Positions 54,222 to 62,652 of a DNA stretch of 64,000 nt are shown here, piece after piece. The notes below the pieces were generated by a model. It ran no database searches and was not told the DNA's origin. It saw nothing but the letters and a program-made list of their open reading frames with translations. How positions within the stretch are numbered: position 1 is the stretch's first letter; the number at the start of each line of letters is the position of its first letter. The DNA lies in contig CAVVPN010000012.1 of the NCBI GenBank assembly GCA_963750165.1, forward strand, positions 832,001 to 896,000, given 5' to 3'. The translations under genes were made by a program, and so were the position numbers. Origin of the DNA: an uncultured Gemmataceae bacterium. GTDB taxonomy: Bacteria > Planctomycetota > Planctomycetia > Gemmatales > Gemmataceae.

Positions 54222-55294
54222 CCCCTTGCCCAGGCCGTGCGGAAGAACCGCAGCCAGTTGCCGTGCATGATCCCCTCAATGTCCGACGCCGAGTAGCCGC
54301 GTGTTTTCAGCATGTCCGGCAGGCGCTGCAGGTCGGCGATGGTGTCCAGGTCGCACGGCGTCTGTTCGCGGCCGAAGCCGCCGTCGAGGTCGGTGCCGAT
54401 GGCCGCGTGCCGGGCGTTGCCCGCCAGCTGGCACACACGGTCGATGTGGTCGAGCATCGCCTCCAGGTTGACCACCTCCGGCTTCGTTTCGCCGCGGACC
54501 CAGCCGGGGTACAGCATCCACGAATCCAGCGCCGCGCCGATCACCGCGCCACGGCCGACGAGCCGCTTGATCTGTTCGTCCGTCAGCTGGCGCTGGTTCG
54601 GCACCAGGGCGCGGCAGTTGTGATGACTCGCCAGCACCGGGCCACCGTAAATGTCCAGCGCCTCATCGAAGCACTGGTCGGACAGGTGCGTCACGTCAAG
54701 GATCATGCCGACCTGCTCCATCGCCTTGAGCAGCGGCTTGCCGGGCGGGAACAGGCCGCCCTCGGTGCCGGTGCCGTGCGCGTACGGGCTGACGCCGTAG
54801 TGCGCCGGCCCGATGATGCGCAGGCCCACCGCCCACCACTCGAGGATTTGTTCCGGCGACAGCACCGGGTCCGCTCCCTCCATGCTCAGGATGAAGCCGA
54901 GCGGCTCCGCGGTGTTTTCGTTGTGCTGCCACGCCTGCACGTGCGCGTCGAGGGTCTTGCGGTCCTTGATGAAGCGTAGGACGCCCTGCTGTTCCAGGGC
55001 GCGGTAGTAGGCGAGCTGGCCGTGTGCCGCGGCGTAGGCGGCGGCCATGTTGGTGTAGCGCTGGATGGCGGGCATCAGGTCCGGCCGCATCAGCCGCGCC
55101 AGCAGCGTGGCGATGAAGACCGCGATCTTGCCGCGGCGCAGTTCGGGGAACGAGACGGTGTTGCAACCGCGGCCCTTGCCGGTCATGCCGTCGGCCTTCT
55201 CGGCGGCGCGGATCTTCTCCACGGGCAGCAGCAGATCGCGGTTCCAGTCGATGGCGTTCCAGGCCAGGTCCAGGTGTGCGTCGAAAATGAGCAT
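54218..55294 (-). CDS. Membrane dipeptidase (M19) family metallohydrolase
   Basis: FDAHLDL, SMEGAD, LDVTHLS, ASHHNCR, IGTDLDG, GNWLRF. Confidence 0.9.
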   Translation of the reverse strand: MLIFDAHLDLAWNAIDWNRDLLLPVEKIRAAEKADGMTGKGRGCNTVSFPELRRGKIAVFIATLLARLMRPDLMPAIQRYTNMAAAYAAAHGQLAYYRALEQQGVLRFIKDRKTLDAHVQAWQHNENTAEPLGFILSMEGADPVLSPEQILEWWAVGLRIIGPAHYGVSPYAHGTGTEGGLFPPGKPLLKAMEQVGMILDVTHLSDQCFDEALDIYGGPVLASHHNCRALVPNQRQLTDEQIKRLVGRGAVIGAALDSWMLYPGWVRGETKPEVVNLEAMLDHIDRVCQLAGNARHAAIGTDLDGGFGREQTPCDLDTIADLQRLPDMLKTRGYSASDIEGIMHGNWLRFFRTAWARG

Positions 55295-55310
55295 AGGAAA
55301 ACTCCTCAGC

Positions 55311-55378
55311 GGCGAGCGGCGCGGCGTCAGCCCGCCGGTACTTCCCAACACCGGCGGCCTGACGCCGCGCCGCTCGCC
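55311..55378. repeat. REP family A hairpin
   Basis: Same arms as 29607-29674. Confidence 0.9.
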
Positions 55379-55416
55379 CGCGGTTCACTACACGGCAACA
55401 TCGGCTCAGTTTACCC

Positions 55417-56837
55417 CTACCAGCCCGCGTTTGCCATGATGATTGCCCCCACGACGACCGCCGCCACCGCCACCAGCAGCGGCAGCGCCACGCGCCGCAC
55501 CAGTCGCATCGCCTCGGTCCTCGTCAGCGACGCGCTCATCAGCGTCACCGCCGACACCGGCGACAGCGTCCGCCCCGCCGCGGAGCCCAGCGACACTACC
55601 GCCCCCGCCAGCGCCGGGTCGAGCCCCAACCGCAGCGCCGGCCCCGCGAAGAAGCCAAAGAGACTCGTCGTCGCCGCCATGCCGGAGCCGGACACGAACG
55701 CGAAACCCAACGACAACACCCCTGCCGCGATCAGCAGCAGTGCCGTGCTGTCGCCGACCAGGCCGGCCAGCGCCTCGTTCAGTTTGATGAGCCGGACACC
55801 CTCGCCGAAGCAGTTCGCGGTCACGATCAGCGAGATGATGTTGGTAAAGCCGTAGCCGCCGCCCTCGAAGAACACGCCCATCACGCCGAGGCCCTTGCGC
55901 CACGCCACCGCCGCGGCCGCCACGACGCCGACCAGCATGGCCGCGCCGATCAGCCGGCTGTCAAACAGGCCGCGCTCCGCGCTCGTCAGCTGCTCCGGGT
56001 TCGCCGCCGGCACCAGCCAGCGCGTCGGCACGTCGATCAGGCTGAGCGGCGGTCCCGTCAGGAACAGCAGCACCAGCGGCACCAGCGGCACCGCGGCGCT
56101 CAGCGGGTTGACACGGAAGTCGTCGGCCGGCAACTCGGGCTGCGGCGCGACGACCTCGGCCCGGCGTTCGGCGCGCAGCGACAGCAACCATAGCGTCAGC
56201 GTCGCCGCGGCCAGGCCGAGCAGGTTCAACGGCAGCAGCCGATCCACGCACTGCCGGCTGGACAGGTTCAGCGGCCCCTGTTTCCGCTCGGCCGCCGCCT
56301 GTTCGCTGACCTCGACGACCGTACGCAGTTCCGGCGCCCGGGGTTGAGCAGTTCGCCACCCACGGACGAGCCGAGCAGCAGCGCCGCCCCGACCGTCACC
56401 GGCGAGAAGCGCGCCGCCAGCAGCACCGGCACCACGACGGTGCCGATGGTCACCGCCGTGCTTGACTGGCTGACGACCGGGATGTTAACCAGGAAGCCGA
56501 CGACGACTGTGCCGGGGATGAGCAGCACGCGGACGCGCTGCACTGGCTTCATCAGCAGATGGACCAGATGGCGGTCGCAGCCAGTGTAACGCAGCACATA
56601 CGCGAAACCCATCGCGGTGCAAATGGGCACGACGTAGCGCTCGTCGGAAAAGGTTTTCAGGAACATCTGGACGACGGCCATCAGGGCGTTGCCCAGTTCT
56701 TCCGCGTCGCCGCGCTGGCTGCCGCCGAGGGCCGCCAGCACCAGGGCCGCCAGCAGCAGCACCAGCCGCACGTCATGGCGGCGGACCACCAGATAGACCG
56801 CCAGGGCGATGACGACGCAGCCGGCCAGTTGGATCAT
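55417..56837 (-). CDS. DcuC-like C4-dicarboxylate transporter (frameshift near 56335)
   Basis: ICTAMGFAYVL..GCDRHLV, GGELLNPG, FVSGSG.A, GRTLSPVSAV. Confidence 0.8.
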
Positions 56838-56848
56838 GCCAGTCTCTC

Positions 56849-56933
56849 GATTGCAGATTGCAAATTGTAGATTGCAAATTGAAAGACAATACCCCAGAAC
56901 CCCTCGTCTTTCAATTTGCAATTTGCAATCTAC
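56849..56933. repeat. Heptamer tandem-repeat hairpin (ATTGCAA / TTGCAAT)
   Basis: GATTGCAGATTGCAAATTGTAGATTGCAAATTGAAAGAC ... GTCTTTCAATTTGCAATTTGCAATCTAC. Confidence 0.88.
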
Positions 56934-57020
56934 TTGCCTTGACCACCGTTCCTCCCGACGGTATGAGTCCCACCCCGCGTGAGAGTCGTTTCGTGGTTCC
57001 CGGCCACAGGAGCAAATCGC

Positions 57021-58796
57021 ATGGGTGCGCACGTTGTCACAATCCAACCAACTAGCCTATCCCGGCCTGCCCTCGGCCGCGGTCGCCTGGCCCTGATCGG
57101 GGCGGTGCTGCTGGGCCTGTGGGGCGCCGCCGCGGCGCAGCAGGGCGCCCCGCCGCCGCCGCAGGGCGTCGAGGTCATGACTCGCGGCCCTGTTCACGAG
57201 GCGTTCGCCACGCCGACCGTCGAGGCCAAACCGACCATGACCGTCGGCAAGCAGCCGCCGGCCCCCCTCGACGAGCTGCCGCCCGACGAGCGGCCCGAGG
57301 GGGACGTGGTGTGGATCGCCGGCTACTGGGCCTGGGACGACGACCGCACCGATTACCTGTGGGTGAGCGGCTGTTGGCGGACGAAGCCGCCGGGCAAGGA
57401 GTGGGTGGCCGGCTACTGGCGCGAGGCCGACACGCAGCAGTGGCAGTGGGTGCCCGGCTTCTGGCACAGCGAGCCACAGCAGCAACAGCAGCCGGTCGCG
57501 CAGGGCCAACCGCCGCAGCAGCAGGACGCAGGCGTGACCTACTACCCGGCGCCGCCGGCGCCGCCGAACGTGGCGCCGCCGGGCAAACCGCCGCAGGATG
57601 ACGTGTTCTACGTGCCCGGCTACTGGCAGTGGAACGGCACCGCCTACGCCTGGCGCAGCGGCTTCTGGACGCGGGTGCAGCCCGGCTATGTCTGGGTGGC
57701 GAGCCACTACCGCTGGACGCCAAGCGGCTACGTCTTCATCCCCGGCTACTGGGACATTGCGGTGGCGCGCCGCGGTATGCTGTACGCACCGGTGGTGGTT
57801 GATTACCGTGTGGTGCCGGCTACCTACGTTTACACGCCAGCCTACGCCGTCAGCGACACGCTGGTGATGGACACCATGTTCGTGCGGCCGTGCGCCTGCC
57901 ATTATTATTTCGGCGACTACTACGAGCCGCGCTACCGGGCCCTGGGCTACGAGAGTAGTTACGTCTACAGCACGCGCAACTACGACAGCATTGTCGTGTA
58001 CCGCACTTACGAGTACCGCAGCCAGCCGGACTACGTCAGCATTCAGATCAACCTGTTCGGGAGCCGCTCGCGCGGCGAGGCCCCGGTGCCGCCGCGCACC
58101 CTCGCGCAGCAGACTACCATTATTAACAACTACAACACCACGGTGGTCAACAACACGACCATCAACAAGACGGTGAACAACGTTAATAACAACGTGAACA
58201 ATAATGTGACCAACAACCAGTTCCAGATGGTGGCGCCGGCCAAGCAGGTAGCGGCCGCCAAGGGCATGACCACGGTGCCGGTGGACACCACCACACGCTA
58301 TGCAGCCAAGCAGGCGGCGCAGACCACGCAGCTGGCCGCCGTGACGCAGCGCAAGCAGGCGGAGCACGTGCCGCCCGGCAGCTCGCCGAAAGCCCCGGCC
58401 GCGCCGCGCGTCGCGGCGCTGAAGGTGCCACCGACGAAATCGGCCGCCTCCCTGCCGAGCGCGACCCACCCGCATGGCCTGCAAGCGCCGAACCCTGGCG
58501 TCCACCAACAGCCGGCCGGCCACCTCAACAACGTCGCCGGCACGGTCAACCCGAACGTCAAACCCAACACGGCCGTCAACCCCGGCTTGCAGAACACCAG
58601 GCCCGGGCTGACGCCGAACGGCCAACCGCTGTCCCAGCCCAACCAGCAGAAGACGGGCACGACTCCACCGCCGCGCGGCACCACGCCGCCACCGCAACAG
58701 CGGCCGCCGGTGGTGACGCAGCCACCGCCGCGGCAGAACCCGCCTCCGCCACAGAAGAAGGATGAGAAAGATAAGAAGAAGCAGCCGCAGCAGTAG
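57021..58796 (+). CDS. Secreted YXWGXW/WxxGxW-repeat, Pro/Gln/Asn-rich protein
   Basis: AGGAG RBS, signal peptide, RGPVHEAFA, repeats WIAGYW/WVSGCW/WVAGYW/WVPGFW. Confidence 0.85.
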   Translation: MGAHVVTIQPTSLSRPALGRGRLALIGAVLLGLWGAAAAQQGAPPPPQGVEVMTRGPVHEAFATPTVEAKPTMTVGKQPPAPLDELPPDERPEGDVVWIAGYWAWDDDRTDYLWVSGCWRTKPPGKEWVAGYWREADTQQWQWVPGFWHSEPQQQQQPVAQGQPPQQQDAGVTYYPAPPAPPNVAPPGKPPQDDVFYVPGYWQWNGTAYAWRSGFWTRVQPGYVWVASHYRWTPSGYVFIPGYWDIAVARRGMLYAPVVVDYRVVPATYVYTPAYAVSDTLVMDTMFVRPCACHYYFGDYYEPRYRALGYESSYVYSTRNYDSIVVYRTYEYRSQPDYVSIQINLFGSRSRGEAPVPPRTLAQQTTIINNYNTTVVNNTTINKTVNNVNNNVNNNVTNNQFQMVAPAKQVAAAKGMTTVPVDTTTRYAAKQAAQTTQLAAVTQRKQAEHVPPGSSPKAPAAPRVAALKVPPTKSAASLPSATHPHGLQAPNPGVHQQPAGHLNNVAGTVNPNVKPNTAVNPGLQNTRPGLTPNGQPLSQPNQQKTGTTPPPRGTTPPPQQRPPVVTQPPPRQNPPPPQKKDEKDKKKQPQQ

Positions 58797-58822
58797 AGTC
58801 CAGGTTGCGCTGTAGCAAACCA

Positions 58823-58892
58823 GGGCGAGCGGCGCGGCGTCAGCCCGCCGGTGCTTCATCGTACCGGCGGCCTGACGCCGCGCCGCTCGCCC
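58823..58892. repeat. REP family A hairpin
   Basis: Same arms as 29607-29674. Confidence 0.9.
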
Positions 58893-59232
58893 AAACCCAG
58901 GCCAGGTGCCCCGAAATAATTTTGTAAACCTAACACTTCAACAAAGCCGCCCATCCCGCACCGGAACCGCGCCCCACAAGCTCTCCCAGGCGCCTCGACC
59001 GCTGCTGACGGAGTCGCCGCCGCGTCCGCGCCAGCCCCCGCTCTGCTTACTGCCGCTACCACCTGAAAAGCCTCAGTGAATTTTCTGACTTTCTCAGGCC
59101 CCGTCATTTCGCACTTTTTCCAGCATTGGGCATATTAGGGGTGTGGTCAGTCGGACCTATACCCCGACCAAGCCCACCGGCACGGTTGCCGTGATTGGGG
59201 GCGGTCGGCTCGTCCCGCAACAAGGAGAAGGC

Positions 59233-60372
59233 ATGGTTTGGCAACGTATTCGCATCGCAGTGCTCGTGTGTACGGTCCTGGCGCTCTCAACCTCGGCGGC
59301 GCTGGCCCAGGACGAAGAGAAGGGTGACAAGAAGGCTCAGGCCGAGAAGCTGCAGCCACCCACTGAAAAAGTGCCCATCCAGCCCGGCGGCCCAGCCATG
59401 GGCGGCCCCGGCGGCCCGATCGTCAGCGGCCCGGGCGGCGGCGGCTGCGGCGGCGGCTGCGGCGCCCCCTGTGGCACCCGCACCGTCTACGTGACCGAGT
59501 GCGTACCGGAAACCTACACCGCCACCCGCACGGTTTACCGCACCGAGTGCCGCACGGAGAACTTCACCTACATGAAGTGTGTGCCCGTGCAGGAGTGCCG
59601 TGAACGCACGGTGTGCTGCACCCGCCGCGTCCCGGTCATGAAGACCGTGTGCAAGAAGGTGTGCGTCACCGTCCCGGTGTGCGAGACACGCACGGTCATG
59701 AAGCCGTGCTACAGCTACCAGAACGTCACTACCATGAAGTGCCGCACGGTGGACCGCGGCCACTACGAGTGCCGTGAAGTCTTCTCGTGCTGCAAGGCGA
59801 TCGGCCAGTTCTGCGGCGGCCTGTTCAGCGGCGGCCACCACAACCGTGGCGGCGACTGCTGCAACCCGTGCCCGCCGTGCCCGCCGCCGCCGCCCACGCG
59901 GACGGTCAAGGTCTGGGTGCCGTGCATGGTCACCGAGCAGTGCCCCGTGACCTGCTGCAAGAAGATCTGCACCATGGTGCCGAGCACCTGCACCGTGACC
60001 GTCAACCGCACCGAATGGCGGGAGCAGACCTGCCAGGTTTGCACCTACCAGTGCGTGACGGAGAACCGCGTTGAGAAGTACACGGTCTGCGTCATGAAGC
60101 AGGTGCCGTGCCAGGGCTGCCGCACGGTGCGCGTCTGCGTGCCCTGCCAGGAGACCTACACGGCCTGCCGCATGGTGAGCCGTACGGTCTGCCGTCAGGT
60201 GGCCGACACCTGCTGCAGCCCGTGCAACGACTGCTGCAACCCCTGCTGCACCACCACCGGCCGCAAGCACAAGTTCGGCGGTCTGTTCGGCGGCACGGGC
60301 GGCCTGTTCGGCGGCGGCCACGGCCGCGGCCAGAGCTACCAGAGCTACCAGAGTGGCGGCTGCTGCAACTAA
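59233..60372 (+). CDS. Secreted cysteine-rich YTV-like planctomycete protein
   Basis: AAGGAG RBS, signal peptide, about 48 Cys in 379 aa (hand count), T/V/C/R-rich repeats (ETYTATRTV, KYTVCVM, ETYTACRMV). Confidence 0.85.
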   Translation: MVWQRIRIAVLVCTVLALSTSAALAQDEEKGDKKAQAEKLQPPTEKVPIQPGGPAMGGPGGPIVSGPGGGGCGGGCGAPCGTRTVYVTECVPETYTATRTVYRTECRTENFTYMKCVPVQECRERTVCCTRRVPVMKTVCKKVCVTVPVCETRTVMKPCYSYQNVTTMKCRTVDRGHYECREVFSCCKAIGQFCGGLFSGGHHNRGGDCCNPCPPCPPPPPTRTVKVWVPCMVTEQCPVTCCKKICTMVPSTCTVTVNRTEWREQTCQVCTYQCVTENRVEKYTVCVMKQVPCQGCRTVRVCVPCQETYTACRMVSRTVCRQVADTCCSPCNDCCNPCCTTTGRKHKFGGLFGGTGGLFGGGHGRGQSYQSYQSGGCCN

Positions 60373-60419
60373 GTGTCCTCCGCATCGCTCCGCTGTCACC
60401 CCTGGCGGAGATGCACCCC

Positions 60420-60457
60420 GCCTCGCCGGTCACTCCCGGCGAGGCGTTTGTCTTTTT
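60420..60457 (+). terminator. Intrinsic terminator
   Basis: GCCTCGCCGG-TCACTC-CCGGCGAGGC followed by GTTTGTCTTTTT. Confidence 0.7.
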
Positions 60458-60463
60458 CCCCTG

Positions 60464-60510
60464 CTCCCCTCGCCTCCTTATCAGGGGGAGAGGGGTTGGG
60501 GGTGAGGGGG
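60464..60510. repeat. CCCCTC...GGGAGAGGGGTTGGGGGTGAGGGG-type intergenic repeat
   Basis: C-rich/G-rich imperfect hairpin; single copy in the window. Confidence 0.5.
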
Positions 60511-60563
60511 TTTCTTCCGTTTACGTTTCGCGCTTTTGCATACAATCCACTCCCGGGTCTTCA

Positions 60564-60654
60564 CTGATCTGGCGAGCGGCGCGGTGTCAGCCCGCCGTGT
60601 GCGCCAGGTGCTGGCGCACACGGCGGGCTGACGCCGCGCCGCTCGCCAGATCAG
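60564..60654. repeat. REP family A, extended hairpin
   Basis: CTGATCTGGCGAGCGGCGCGG ... CCGCGCCGCTCGCCAGATCAG. Confidence 0.9.
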
Positions 60655-60693
60655 GACGAGAATCGATTCCTGACCCCAACCCGGGAACACGCC

Positions 60694-61791
60694 ATGCCGA
60701 CTGTCGCGGACCTCGCTCACTTCCTGAAGCAGCTGGCCCCGCCGACGCTGGCCGCCGACTGGGACAACGTCGGCCTGTTGCTGGGCGACGAAACCACGGC
60801 AGTGCAGCGCGTCATGACCTGCCTGACCGTGACACCCGAGTCCGCCGCGGAGGCCGTCGCGGAGGGGGCGCAGTTGATCGTCACGCATCACCCGGTACTG
60901 TTCCGCGCCGCCAAACGACTGACCTCCGTGACCGCAGAGGGCCGCCTGCTACTGCCGCTGATCCGGGCCAGCGTCGCGGTCTACAGCGCCCACACCGCCT
61001 ACGACAACGCGGAGCACGGCATCAACGCCCTGCTGGCGCGGCGGCTGGGACTGCTCGATGTGAAGCCGCTGCGGCCCGGTGAGGGACCGCGGCAATGCAA
61101 GCTGGTCGTGTTCGTGCCGGACAAGGACCTGGGGCCGGTTGCCGACGCGGCGTTCGCCGCGGGCGCCGGCCACATCGGCCAGTACCGCGAGTGCAGTTTT
61201 CGCCTGGCCGGCACCGGCACGTTTTTCGGTTCCGAGGCCAGCAATCCGACCGTGGGCCAGAAGGGCCGCCGTGAGGACGTTTCCGAATGGCGGCTGGAGG
61301 TGGTGTGTCCCGAGCGCTCGGTGGATGCGGTGGTCGCGGCCGTGCGGCGGGCGCACTCCTACGAGGAGCCCGCTTACGATGTGTATCCACTGCGGCCGGC
61401 GCCGTCAGCGCTGGGCAGCGGTCGCGTCGGCCGTCTGCCGAAGCCGACGCCGCTGGCTAAACTGGCGAAGGCGGTGCAGAAGCAACTGGCCGCGAAAGCC
61501 GTGCAGACGGTTGGCGCGCTGGAAAAGCCCGTGGAGCGGCTGGCCATCGCCTGCGGCGCGGCGGGCGAATATTTTCACGACGCGGTGCGTGCCCGGGCGG
61601 ACGCCTTCCTGACGGGAGAGATGCGTTTCCATGATCTGTTGAGCGCGCAGGCGGAAGAGGTGGCACTGCTGCTGCCGGGACACTTTGCCACCGAGCGCTG
61701 CGGCGTCGAGGAGCTGGCGCAACAATTACAAAAGCGCTGGCCTGACCTGACCGTCTGGGCCAGCCGGCAGGAGCGCGACCCGATCAACTGA
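60694..61791 (+). CDS. Nif3-like dinuclear metal centre protein (YqfO type, with PII-like insert)
   Basis: WDNVGL, IVTHHP, SAHTAYD, AGHIGQY..CSF, AHSYEEPAYD, GHFATE. Confidence 0.92.
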   Translation: MPTVADLAHFLKQLAPPTLAADWDNVGLLLGDETTAVQRVMTCLTVTPESAAEAVAEGAQLIVTHHPVLFRAAKRLTSVTAEGRLLLPLIRASVAVYSAHTAYDNAEHGINALLARRLGLLDVKPLRPGEGPRQCKLVVFVPDKDLGPVADAAFAAGAGHIGQYRECSFRLAGTGTFFGSEASNPTVGQKGRREDVSEWRLEVVCPERSVDAVVAAVRRAHSYEEPAYDVYPLRPAPSALGSGRVGRLPKPTPLAKLAKAVQKQLAAKAVQTVGALEKPVERLAIACGAAGEYFHDAVRARADAFLTGEMRFHDLLSAQAEEVALLLPGHFATERCGVEELAQQLQKRWPDLTVWASRQERDPIN

Positions 61792-62107
61792 GCAATCGCC
61801 GGGGTTGGCGCAGGCCGTCCGGTTCGGCGTTTGTCCGCTTTGTACAATTCGGGCTTGACAGATTGTAAAACCTGCTGTGGAGAGCCGAAACGGCCTGTCC
61901 GCTTGTAAAGATTGCTCGTCCGCTCAACCCGCGGCAACCGCGGCAGTTGCGGAAAAACGCTGGAAAAAGGCCCGGCCGCCCCCTTGCCGGCGCTGGAGTT
62001 GCAATACTCCGAAAGCGTTCAGGACCACCAATCGGATCGCCAGATCACATGGCACCAGGGTCGTCGCAGGACGCGACGGCCGGATCGCCGGGACAAGGAG
62101 TCAGTCC

Positions 62108-62338
62108 ATGAAGACCAGCAATTGGGCCGCCGTCACGCTGCTCGCCGTTATCCTCACCGCCGCCGCGATGGCCTGGATGGGCTGGTTCGGCAGCGGCCGT
62201 CACGCCCGGGCCGCTGGCCGCACCCCGCAGGCCAGCGCCCCGACCCGTGCCGCCGATGTCATGGACTCCGCCGCCGCCTGGCGCTACCGCCGCAGCCAGG
62301 GCCCCAACTGGAAGCTGGCCATGTGCTATCATCCCTGA
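62108..62338 (+). CDS. Small membrane-anchored or secreted protein (76 aa)
   Basis: AAGGAG RBS; MKTSNWAAVTLLAVILTAAAMAWMGWF. Confidence 0.65.
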   Translation: MKTSNWAAVTLLAVILTAAAMAWMGWFGSGRHARAAGRTPQASAPTRAADVMDSAAAWRYRRSQGPNWKLAMCYHP

Positions 62339-62360
62339 TCCGAGATCGCCCTGGATTGGC

Positions 62361-62420
62361 GTGGTGGGTCGGAGCCCGAGCGCCAGCGAGGAGCCCCGCG
62401 CTGGCGCTCGGGCTCCGACC
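62361..62420. repeat. REP family B hairpin
   Basis: Same arms as 33464-33533. Confidence 0.88.
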
Positions 62421-62463
62421 AGAAACCTGTACTCCCCAACCCCCCGACCCGAAGGAGAAGCCA

Positions 62464-62562
62464 ATGCAACGCATGGACGCGGTGACCTTGATGGAGTGTG
62501 ACGTGCCGGAAAGCGGCGCGGACTGGGAAGACCCGTGGATCGACCTGGGCGGCGAAGGTTGA
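62464..62562 (+). CDS. 32-aa acidic peptide ending WIDLGGEG
   Basis: Strong RBS GAAGGAG; MQRMDAVTLMECDVPESGADWEDPWIDLGGEG*. Confidence 0.6.
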   Translation: MQRMDAVTLMECDVPESGADWEDPWIDLGGEG

Positions 62563-62575
62563 AGCTCCTTTCCCT

Positions 62576-62639
62576 GGCGAGCGGCGGGGCGTGAGCCCCC
62601 TGTTTGGCGCAGCCCAACAGGCTCACGCCCCCCGCTCGC
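62576..62639. repeat. REP family A variant hairpin
   Basis: GCGAGCGGCGGGGCGTGAGCC ... GGCTCACGCCCCCCGCTCGC. Confidence 0.75.
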
Positions 62640-62652
62640 TGAACTGTTTTGC

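Noticed and set aside
59233..60372. Cys-rich protein as a RiPP precursor, cytochrome c or nucleoporin homologue
   Set aside because: It is too long, has a Sec-type signal, no CxxCH motifs and no modifying enzymes nearby; the GLFG-like tail is short low-complexity sequence.
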